Assembly: GCA_040954595.2 (NCBI GenBank)
Contig: CM082589.2
Location: forward strand, 2,547,275-2,599,974
Length of the DNA: 52,700 bases
Direction of reading: 5' to 3'
DNA from: Balanoglossus misakiensis
Taxonomy: Eukaryota > Animalia > Hemichordata
In this document: piece by piece, positions 10,729 through 22,121 of the stretch
How the letters are laid out: every line of letters begins with the position of its first letter
How positions within the stretch are numbered: position 1 is the first letter of the stretch
The notes under the pieces: generated by a model
Seen by the model: the letters and a program-made list of their open reading frames with translations, nothing else
Databases searched by the model: none
What the model was told of the DNA's origin: nothing
Position numbers and translations under genes: made by a program

Positions 10729-12702
10729 TTACAGTCGGAACCTGAAAGAACTGAAATAAACAGAGTATTGTCAATGATATGGACTAGTTGGACCTATAGA
10801 TTAAGACCATGTGAGACTTGGCAAAATACGTTATTAAAACTAGTCATAGTTATATATACTTTGCAGGAGTTTGAGTGAAATCTAACTATCTTATCTCTGT
10901 GCTTAAATTTTACACTCTCTGTAAAAGACCGAGAACTTACTTGATGAAGTCTGGGGCTTTGGAGATAACATGTTCAAATTCAGCAAAGGACAGAGAGTCG
11001 TCGTCATCCAGATCAGCTTCTTCAAAGATCTGTCAGGAAGATATTGATATGTTATATATTATATAGTATGAAATTGGTGGAAATTAGTGTAAGTAATCTA
11101 TGGGACTATGCAGCAGGAATCCAACATGCATATTAAGTAAAAAGGACTGTGTGAATTTTCCACTTACATTATCTATCAGCTGTTGCATGTCTTCATCAGA
11201 TAACTGTTGATCTCCGGTCAGTCTATTGACGACTTCCCTGAGATCAGCACTGTCAATGAAATCATCCTCATTGAAGTCTGTGAATTAAAAAATAAATATA
11301 TACATTCGTACATGTAAGGACACACATGCAAACACAAAAAATCATGCACCGCTGAAAGAGTCATTAAAAAACTTAGCCCTGATCGTGTGTATGTAGATGT
11401 ACTTACCATAGATTCTGAAGGCATATTCTGATTTGACTGCCTTGGGTGCATTGTCACTGAAGACAGACATCATGTCCAGGAAATCTTCAAAGGTAAGATC
11501 TCCATCACCGGATGTTGAAAACACCTTACAGATTCTGTCCTTGAAGGGATTGACCTAGAAAGTAGAAGTAGATCAAATATTGTGTAACTAATTCATGGCT
11601 TTTACACGTCTGTGTCAAGCAGAGACATTTACCAGTGACAAAGTATACTACACATGTTGACTAATATAGACAGTACCTTCAATTCTTGAAGTTCCATTAT
11701 TTTATCCATAGGCAACCTGACATTCCTGTCTTGTCTCACCGCATCAGGATCCAGTAAATGAAAGCGTTTGAATACACTGCAAGAAGAATGTACAAATTGT
11801 TAAAGATTCCATACAAAGTTTCACAAAATAAGTGGAAAGAAACACACAAATAAATTAAATCAATCATGACTTATGGCATTTTATTCCCAACAAGAATCAA
11901 AGTCTGGCAGTGACAAAAACAGTATTTACTTTTGAACTTTGACCTCACCAACAATAAATATCTATATCGAAATGTGTGATAAAATATAGATATACTCACT
12001 GAAGAATTTCTTTCTTTGTGAAATACGTCAACTCCTGCGAAAAGAGCAAAGCATCGGCTTGTATCATAACTGTGACTGGTTGTGATCAGGTTACCTAGCT
12101 AAACGTGCGACTGTGACGTCATCGGTCGACGGTCTTGACTACGGCTCGACTGGGGGCACACGGTATCGCCGAATATGTCGTATTTCACAAATCTATCTCC
12201 TCGACTTGTTGAGAAATGTTGACAGGACACGAAACTCGCCCGAGTCGCGATCGTCGACGCGCAACGAATGATCTGACGTAGTTGATTACGAGCGAATCCG
12301 GCTCACATACATACTGGGAAACACTTCCGTGTTTACGTTGTCCGCCATGTTGATCTCGATATTGTGTGAACGCATTTCGTTCGGTACCTAACCGCGGTTG
12401 TGGATATCGTTATGAAGTAGGATATCCTATGTCATAGAATTTTATCAGTGACTTAATTAGGTTTAAAACAACGCTAGAACAAACAGTTTATACAACCCAG
12501 GACTGCTCGAGTGTTTGATACAACACTGCAGCAATGGCGACAGGTGTGTGTACAGTGCACAGTACAGGACCTTCTGTCGAAAAAGTGCAATTTATCTGCA
12601 CTCTGTTACTTCACACCTTTTTACTTTGAAGGAATATAGATCGATCCTTACCTGGTAATCTTCAAGTTCGGCCTCTGTAAACTGAGTATTCGTATTTCCC
12701 AT
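10729..12702 (-). CDS. CIB1: Calcium and integrin-binding protein 1-like (paralog A), 7 exons, 184 aa
   Basis: Hand-spliced exons 12702-12652, 12034-12000, 11776-11677, 11554-11407, 11277-11168, 11029-10941, 10750-10729; all GT-AG and in phase. Protein [34 protein letters not shown]...[12 protein letters not shown]...[12 protein letters not shown]...[15 protein letters not shown]...[33 protein letters not shown]. Has Gly2 and two canonical EF-hands. CIB1 versus CIB2/3 assignment is by eye. Confidence 0.88.
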
Positions 12703-13387
12703 CTTTACCGACCGGAATATTCTCCCCTCGATCGCGTTCGCAGTTAAAGTTATATGCCAAATCGAGGCTGACTGGTAAATTTCGTAATTTGCATATCAAA
12801 GAGTTTCCTCGACACGAGTGACGTCATGCAGTAAACAAAAGTAAATAAATCCGTACTTGCTATTTCGAATCGTTTTAAACAGCCGTTCGTTATCTCGGAT
12901 ACGTTATAGTCATTTTACAATACTTTGGGGGTAAACTTGAACGTATCCCATAACTGGACAAACGAATTTCTACAACAATTTCCTTATATAGATTTTATAG
13001 AGGTATAAAAATGCAATGTCATAATTCATTAAATCTGGCAAATTCATGGCAATTCTTCTAGAACTGTCTCAGTGTGTGATATTGTTCTGTTATTATTGAT
13101 ATTTGCGCATCAGGGGAACAATGATCCACAGATACACTCGTATGATTTATTAAGTCTGTTTATTGCCAAGAATTAACTATAATTCATCAGGTGGCATGTG
13201 CCAAGTCAGTATGTCACGTGATGATAGCTATACTCAAACGAAGAATGTCATACAATCGTTATAATCGCAGTAGAAAAAGTGAAAATCTTCAGAAGCCATT
13301 CACGATCAGCAATAAATCTCAACTGACGGATTCGCTCTCAAAAATCACAAGCGCAATGCAATTCACTAACTAGGGTCGACCAAATTG

Positions 13388-13799
13388 TAGCCCGGAGACA
13401 CAGGCGTAGTAGTAGGGGAAAAGGAACGCCCGGGGACAGTCTCTATTTACGCCCCGAATTCTGTGCGCAGAACGACACGGGTGGTAAATCTTGTGTGTAA
13501 GCTAATTGGTCACTCAATGTAAACCAAATGACATCATCGCATTCTAAATAAGGAAATAGAGGTAGAGTCATGTGTGAAATTCCCGCGACGGGATGTGGGA
13601 GTGGTTTACCAAGCTTTGTTAATTATATCATCCAACCACTGGCGCCCGTCAACATTTGATAGATCACTCGTTAGCCATTCGTTACTAAGCGACCCTGATC
13701 GTTGCCAGGGCTACTATCTTTCAGCTCAGCAGGAAGTTACTTCACTGTCCCCGGGCGTTGTATTCTAGATTCTAGATCAACGCCTGTGTCTCCGGGCTA
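13388..13799. mobile_element. Non-autonomous DNA transposon (MITE), 412 bp, TAG...CTA termini, 9-bp TSD
   Basis: Perfect 20-bp TIR tagcccggagacacaggcgt (13388-13407) / acgcctgtgtctccgggcta (13780-13799). Second 16-bp subterminal IR at 13425-13440 / 13744-13759. Direct repeat accaaattg at 13379-13387 and 13800-13808. Confidence 0.92.
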
Positions 13800-14351
13800 A
13801 CCAAATTGCTCCATTAAGTAACTATAACATTACTCACACCAATAAAAAAACATGTTTTCGGAGCACAGTCATGCACTAAGCAGAAAAATCTTTCCAAGGA
13901 TACACAAGGACAAAGTAGTCTTTTTCTCTCAAAGTTGACTTTCTGATAAAATATTCAATATACACTCTATCTCATTTTCTGAATCAAAGTTTTGATATCT
14001 GATTTGTTTTCTTTCCTGGTATCACAACTTGCGTTATACTTCTGTGGGATTCAGACACTGTCACTAATTTTAATTTTTTCACGTCGATTATTACCATTTT
14101 ATTTTTATCGCCAGAATAGGGGCTAGTGCGATTTTATAAATTGGCAGCATAGTCTGACTTACCAATCTCTAAAATATGAGATGTGTTTGTTGTAAGTTAT
14201 TGTGGAACATATTCACAATTCTACACCAGTTTCTATTCATATTGTCCTTCATATTCAGTGACCCACTATAAGTGTGCAAGTATAGGTGAAACTCTCACCA
14301 TTTCTTTGTTGTCTTTGTCATTGTCGTGATGCACAACGATTACTGCTGTGT

Positions 14352-17300
14352 TTATTGGGCAAACACTTTAATGCAGTGATTGGTTTGGTCAACTACAGCC
14401 ACTCTGCATGGGACATCATTGGTCAGTGTGATACCATGTGGCCACCCAAGTCCATCCTCATCACTGTCAATGCGAGATATGAATCTGCCTTTGCTGTCGA
14501 ACTTCACCACGCGTTTGTTTCCTTTGTCACAGACATACACATTTCCGTCTTTATCTGTCACTATTCCCGATGGCCAATTCAGGCTGACATCTGCGCTGAT
14601 GTTGCGAAATGAGTATAAAAACTCACAGTCTGCATTGAACACCTGAACTCGGTAATTGTTCATATCTGATACAAATGCTTCTCCTCGACTGTTGATATCC
14701 ACATATGAAGGTCCGAAGAATTCTCCCTCTTTAGTGCCATACTTTCCAAAGGATTTGATGTGCTGACCTTGCTGTGTGTATTTCCTGATACAGTGACTAC
14801 CTTCCTTGTCTGTGGCATCACCCTTTCCATCCCAGTCTGTGACATACACACTGCCATCTAGAGGACTGATACCAATTCCATCGGCATGTTTCAGTTCAGG
14901 TTGTCCAAAGTGCCTGAGTACATGTCCATCCTCATCGCTTACAACTACTTGATTGTTGCCCTTATCTGTCATGAAGTATTCGTCATCAGCTGATACTGAC
15001 ACATCGTTTGGTTGAAATGGTTTCTCAAACTGTGTGAACGTTAAACTTGATTTGTAATTTCCATCTCTGTCGGCTATGTGTACCCTGTTGTTACCTTTAT
15101 CAGCTGTAACAAAGTCGCCGCGTTTATTAGTAGTTATCCCTAATGGCCTTCTAAGCTGACCTTTGCCTATTATCTTCACCAAACCCTTGACAGAAATTAC
15201 AAATGGTGATCCTGGTATCGGCTGATCACCAAGGGTTATGGTGACTTCATGTCTACCACCAACATCTGCATGAATTCTCAGACTGTGTGTACCATCTCTG
15301 TTGTCAACCACTCCAACGTTTTCTTGTGACCCATCTTCTTTGCAGATCTTTGCTGTGATTGCTTTGTGTGGTATGACTGGTTTCCCTCTTCTGTATTCAA
15401 TTCTGACAATGACGTCAGCAGACTCACCCCTGACGAGTCTTTTGGGAATATCCTCTACTCTACACTGTGATGCACTGATATCGAGTTCCAGGAATCCCAA
15501 CAGTCCATGCTGCAGAGGGTCTTCAGAAGGGTTGAATCTAACTATTTCCGTTTTTATGAATTGATTCATTTGATGAACAAATTCATGAATGTGAAGCAGA
15601 GTTTGTTTCTTTGATGACATTAGGTGAGCAGAACTCCCATCATTCACCAGTGCTTCCATGTAATCGCATGCCTTGGAAATACTTCCATGTTTTTCTTCCC
15701 AATCATCCACTTCAGTTTCGATGGTGTGTCTGATCATCTTGTATTCATCTTTCATCTCTTCAACCAGTCTGAACTCTTCCCTCTTCACCATTTTTATTAT
15801 CTTCTTTGCTTTATTTCTCACTTTCTCCTCTTCCTCTTGACGATGTACTTCTAGGTCATCTTTGATACCCTCACCTCCAGTGTCACGTGACTTGACGGCC
15901 TGTTCATTTCTTCTCAACTTCGTCACCATCTCTCTCAGTTGTTTTCTGTAATCATCAGCGGCAACTTGTATCTGTCTGTGGACATGGTCAGGAATAGGAT
16001 GTGCAGTGATACATTCAGGACAGATGCATACTTGACAACTATCACAAAACAGATGTACTTCATTCTGTGTGTGAAAGCTGCAGTACACTTGACCTTGTTG
16101 TGATTGCTGACTTGATACTTCTTTCAAGTATTTGTCAAGTTTGACGTCACTCTGACCTTTGACAGCTTTTGTGTCTTCATGGACAGTTATACAGGAAGAA
16201 CAAAACTTGGCACTGCACTCTCTGCATCTATGTAGCGATTCAGTTTCTTTGCAACCTTCACATTGACCTATTTCTAAATCTTCGGTTTTCTCTGTTTCTT
16301 TTGCAAAACTCGCCTTCAAAGAATAAGTTGTGAAAAATATATATTATTAAACAATTTAAGTGAGTGGTATTCCTGATTAAAAATATTCATGACACTTTTT
16401 GGTATCATTGTCGAAGGCTTATACTTATGAAAAATGATCTCGAGAATCAAAGTATAATAAACACGTGACAAAGCAGTATATTATATGATGTACGTTGTTA
16501 AAACAGTTTACTTGAACATACATGTATAGTGATTTCAACCCGATGATGTTCACGTAATGTACACCAAACTTTATATTCCACTGGAAATGATTACCTGGGT
16601 ATTAAATGTTTACTTACTGTTGAGAGCGCACCTCGTTTTGTTCTCTCACGAACTGCAATTTTTTCAGCTAGATCTTTTTCAACCTGCAGTCGTTTGATTT
16701 CGGCTTGCTGAATTGATTCTGTCTGCTTCAGTTCAGCAATCTGTGCAGCGTTAAAGTTAGCTTGCTTCTTGAGTTTTTCTAGCTGATCTTTGACTTCGTC
16801 TGTGTCTATTTCTAAGTCCTCAGTTTTGTGTGCTTCCTTTGCAATACTTGCCTATAAAGAAAAGATTGTGATATTTGTATTATTAAACAATTTAAAAGTA
16901 CTGATGCCAATAAAATGTCTCTCTTTTGTGGCAACACGCTTGAAGATAATTAGTCAAGTAAAAAAACACGACAAATAGTTGTATTTGATAGTAAAATTTG
17001 CAATGCATAAATGACAAAATACGGTTAGTGTCATTTCAGTAGTTTTTGTTTTGTGTATGAACTAAAATACACAATGAAAAAGGGGCCACATGGCTTAAAT
17101 TTAGTCAGTAAAGAAATTAATTTTTTGCCAATGGTTTTTCTATTGGCGAACACATTCAACAAAACACATTCAAGAAAGTTTATCTCCTAATTGAGCACGG
17201 TGACTATATTATTTTTTTGACCAGTGAATTTAATTTCATTTGGAAGAACTATGAGTAAAACTTCATGAAAATGACAAAATCAGAAGCAATCAGACGATAA

Positions 17301-19965
17301 ATATGTCTTAAAAAGCTTAAAAAGTGTGTACCTATATCTTAGCTTGGCGCCAAGTTTTACTTTTAAATCCATTACTAGTTTACATACCGTCAGTCGATTG
17401 ATTTCTTCTTCACATTCTGCCTTTGTAATTTGAAGATTCTTAATCACATTTTGGTCTGCAGCATGCTTCAATGCCACGAGCTTCACTACAGCTTTACTGT
17501 AATTTAGGGCCACCTACAAAATATACATAATACATGCATCCTTTTATCAGACTTTGCTCATGTCAAGAATATAAGACTTGCAACATGTTCGGATATAAAT
17601 CGCTTGATTCTGTTGAGCGATAAATTTCTTCCACTCCATGGCGACACATCAGAGTCGAAATCGGTTGAACGGATGTAGGATGTAGGTCTACATTAAGAAT
17701 GTCATTGTATGTATCGGTAAACTAAATTTTGGTAAGTTGAGCATCAAAGTCTAATTGATAAGTCTTTATAGACAGCTACATTACTACGGTTGCATTCGGA
17801 CTGGAGTCCATATTATCATTAGTAAATAGTACTAGTCACAACCTAGGCGACTAAGGTCAACCTTATGACCCTGACAACCCATGAATGTTGATAACATATC
17901 GTTTGGTCAAAGGTGATTATTGATATTCTGAAACTGACCCCACCTGAGTGATATGGGTCATGGATTCCCGAGTGGCCGAAAATATACTTTATAGAATAAA
18001 CTTATAAGGGCATGGGAATCGCGTCAGTTGACTACGTGCACTTACCAAAGACGTCGACACAAGTTTCATTTTCATATTTGCTGCATATTTCTGGTGCTCT
18101 GTCTTGAGTTCTGCTGCATATTTGGAAGCTGTCTCCTTCTCTGCTTTGAGTTCTTTGATTCTGTGCTGTGATGCCTGGAGAAGAGACCTTCTGCCGAATT
18201 CTGATATTTCATTTAAAGTCGGCCAGACTGTTGACATCAAGTTCAGTACATCGATACAAGGAAATCTCAGTGTGATGGACTGCAATCTTCTGTTTCTTGC
18301 GTTCTCTGTGTGTAAACAAAATATTTAAATATCGGGATGCACATATACCACAGCTACTATCACATTATACTCAGGGTACAGCAACAAGAAAATATAGCAA
18401 AATTAAATGGTGATATGGGAAATTATAAGCTATATTCGGGCAAAATTATTACTCGAATACGTGTGATGCCGCCAACTGCATAAAGGTATACATTTCGTGA
18501 TAAGCTGTTTTGATTACAGGCATACAACATCTCATTTTATGTAACGTCGATAAAATGCGTTTTAATTGATTACCTTTGAAATATTGTATTCCTATGTCCA
18601 ACTGTAACTGGTCAACTTGAACAGCTATGTAGAATTCAACATTGGATGCTTTGTCTGCAATTAGTGCTTTGATTCTCGGTGATATCAGGATGTCACTCAA
18701 TTCTTGCTCAACATCGCCATTTCTAAGTCCTTTTCTGAAGCACTGGATACCATATATCTCAAAAGCTCGAAGTGCTAGGATAACAGATGATATCTTTATC
18801 CCCATCAGCTCTATGCGATACTGTTTAAGGGCTTTATACATCGCCTTGGACTTGTCAGGACATTCTCCTTTCTTGATTTCAGCGATTTCGTATTTGTATA
18901 TCTCCTTTGCACTCTGGAATAATTCTAATTGTATCCATTGCTCTAATTGATCGCCGCGTTTTGCCAGATCTATGCTGACATCAAAATCTGAAATTGTAAT
19001 GTTTTTGATGAGTTTCAATATACATGTATACAGAGTGAACTTTTAAAGTATGGACTAAAATCTAATTAATTATCTATCAAAAGTCTCATGTTACTCAGTC
19101 TGGCTGTAAAATTCAATGACGCATTACTGATCAAATACCGACTGATTGCTAGATAAAAACACACAGAGAATAAGGATGCGTTTACTGCTATTCGGGGATG
19201 AAGGAATGTCAATTACATTGTAACGGCTTACTAATTTTTGACCTCTCAATGCCCCAAATAATACAGAAGGTACTCACCAACGTAGGGCTGCATTTCTGAT
19301 CCTGGCAGGTCAGTGACACTTGATCGCCTTCTTCTTTGCCCTTAAGTAAAATAAAATGTAAAAATGCATTGATAAAACTTACAAAGTATCGAAAACAGAG
19401 TTACTTGCCAATTTCTCCCGCTGATTTTCAAAACCGTTCCCCAAGTTTAAGTACAAGTACCTGACCAGTCCATAAATAAATGCATCACCAAATACCCCAC
19501 AGGCAGAGTAGAGGACAAGGTGTTATCCTTCTGTAGTAAAATCATTATTTTTTTAAACGGTAATAAAAGGGAAAGTTATTCACTTTTAAAATAGCTTGTA
19601 TCTGTCCGTTTGAAGGAATCTGTAGCTGACGCCATAATGTGATTGTTATAATGAGGTTCAGTATCCGTAAAAGACTCACCTAATGCGTTCGATTGAAAAG
19701 TTTCCACTTTCTTCTTTAGCTCTGGGAGTTTTAAAAGTCCCATCAGTTCAACCAATACCTCCACGTTCTCTTCGGACACATGACCACTTTCTTCCAATTT
19801 CTCAAAAACGTCCATAGCAGTTTCGGTTTTCTCAACTTCGGTTTTGGTCAGTTGGTTCCCTCTGATTAGCGACTTCATCAGCTTTACATTTTCCTTGCTT
19901 AGTTCTTGGTGTAAAGTTAGTAAGAGAATCCTGAGCGGCGGTATTTTGGTTGACCTAGTCTCCAT
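14352..19965 (-). CDS. DED / TRADD-N-like / coiled-coil / B-box x2 / coiled-coil / filamin / NHL protein (RING-less TRIM-NHL fusion), copy 1, 1114 aa
   Basis: Exons 19965-19680 (DED), 19340-19278, 18987-18574 (TRADD-N-like), 18305-18046, 17513-17388, 16851-16618, 16313-14352 (B-boxes to NHL). All GT-AG, phases 1,1,1,0,0,0, total 3345 nt open. Motifs CxxH..CxxC..CxxC..H..H, DNRDGTHS...PIPGSPF and six P.G..D..N.RV repeats. Confidence 0.85.
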
Positions 19966-22121
19966 GCTTATAAAATGGCGTCAACCAACCATAACCATAC
20001 TCATCTAATCACAATTTTTGTGCATTTTTGCTGCACCTGAAATAAAATTATACGCCATTTTGGTCAATAAGGACTGTTGAACTTTACAACAGAACAGGGC
20101 GGAGCATTAACACGTAAACATAGTCAATGATTTATTGCATAGGTCTGGGACTAATTGGAGAAATGAAATAACAACATGTTCTTGTAAATATATAACGATG
20201 CAGATGGGGGGGGGGGGGGGGTGATGTTAGTCTAATGTAACTTCGTCGCCGCGAATGTGAAGATAGAAGGCCCGCAACATTACAAACTACAGTGTTCCGT
20301 ATCAACCATAAAAATTTGATTGGTATCAAAATCACTTATGTCCTGAACCCACAATATGAATGTTCAGAAAAATCTGTCTATAAATCATTGCTAACTGCCA
20401 ATATTTTAAAGTCATATATCCAAACTTATATTGAAATCTATGTATCAGGCGGCTAGTATAGTCCTTGTCAACATGACAAAGACTATACTGTACAGCCATA
20501 GGCATGAGATACAAAACCAATTAAATCAACATCCACGATCTACATTACTTGTTTGTCTGATTCTAAATATACACCAGGTCGAAGTGTAGATTTAGCTTAT
20601 ATCCGCCGACAAACGTTTCTGTACGTTTATCAACTTGTGGCGTACTGGGCAGGTCGCCAGCTTTGGCTCCAGAAGTCGATCGATTGGTGGGTCTCTCCTT
20701 ATGTCTAAGGTAAAGTCAATAAATGTTAGCAGACACTAGTACGCGTTGTTTTAGAACTTTATCAGTGAGACATGTCCTGACACAACAATGCATAGCTGAA
20801 CTGCCAGTCTGCTGTTTGGCAACAGTGGAACTTGTATTAGACTAGCGGAGTAGGTTAAAATGGGCCACAATTTGAAACGGGGAGAGGTGTGGCGCAGAAT
20901 TGTCTGTGTTCACACACACCTGTACGCAGAGCTATAAGTAATGTGGTAGTAGCTTTGGCTTGTAAGTAGATGAGGAGTGTTTATTTTGTTTGGCAAATGA
21001 ACTCAACTTCGAGGTTGGCGCCATTTTTAACGTTGGAAATAACTTTCGTCTATTCGTCTAATTACTGGCACAGGTCGCAGCACCCGAGCCTGCGCAGATT
21101 TACGGCACGCCGAAGCCTTGACACTCGGGAAAGATTTTCTACCTTTGCTCTAATATCTGGGGTAGTTCGTCCTGTCATTGTTGTGTAGATTAGGTAAAGG
21201 TAACTATATTAAAATGTTGTGTGTTTAGATAAAAAGTGAAAACAAATAAACTTCTCCAAGTTAAAAGGGCGCGTTTACATCTTCGAAGTTTGTTGGCACA
21301 TTTCTTCATAGTGTAAACATAGTGAATTATCATGAATATGGGGACTGGGCAGTGGTCGGGGAGTCGATGCGTTCTCAAAGCGCCACCAATATAATGTCTA
21401 TTCGAAAGTATGCGGTATGCAGTAGAGTATACGGTGAAAATCTAATAATGTGGTCAGAAACCGCACGACACTTTATCAGTGAGACATGTCCTGACACAAA
21501 AATGCATAGCTGAACTGCCAGTCCGCCGTTTGGCAACAGTGTAGAAAATAGTTAGAAAAATCTATCGGTGAGCATATCAAACAGTCGATATTACAAGATC
21601 ATCTTGTCCTCGAACTTGAAAAGTCTCCAAGCATGAATCTGTATGCAAATTTAACAAACTCCCGAAAAGATTATCATTCTTTCGCACAAACAGGAATTTT
21701 GTGTAACACGGTCAGCATCAGTACAGTACCACGTTACTCGAATTAGGGTCACAACATCCACAGGGGATGGGCGTTTTATGTGAACTATAAACTTGATTGA
21801 AATAGCTGACTAGCTGACACGAAAGTAACATAAATGCCACCATATTATAAAAACACAGGAATTATAATCTATCAAGTTCAAATCTCTGTCAGGCATGAGA
21901 CGTTTCCCAGTTTGTGATTTACAGGAAGTGAATAACTCAGTCTTCAGTTTGATTGTTCACTCATGAGTTATTGTGGAACATTTGCACAATTTGACTCCAG
22001 TTTTTATGCCTATTGTCCTTCATATTCAGTGACCACTATTTGTGTGCAAGTATAGGTGAAACCCTCACCATTTCTTTTTTGTCTTTGTCATTTTCGTGAT
22101 GCACAACGTTTACAGAAGTGT

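Noticed and set aside
20206-20221. G16 run (also a G-rich run at ~34108-34127) as a functional G-quadruplex
   Set aside because: Interrupted or absent in the other units, so most likely homopolymer slippage.
21120-21245. NF-kB-like (gggaaagattttc) and IRF-like (aaaagtgaaa) motifs upstream of DED-TRIM copies 1/2
   Set aside because: Imperfect matches to short motifs in AT-rich DNA, expected by chance.
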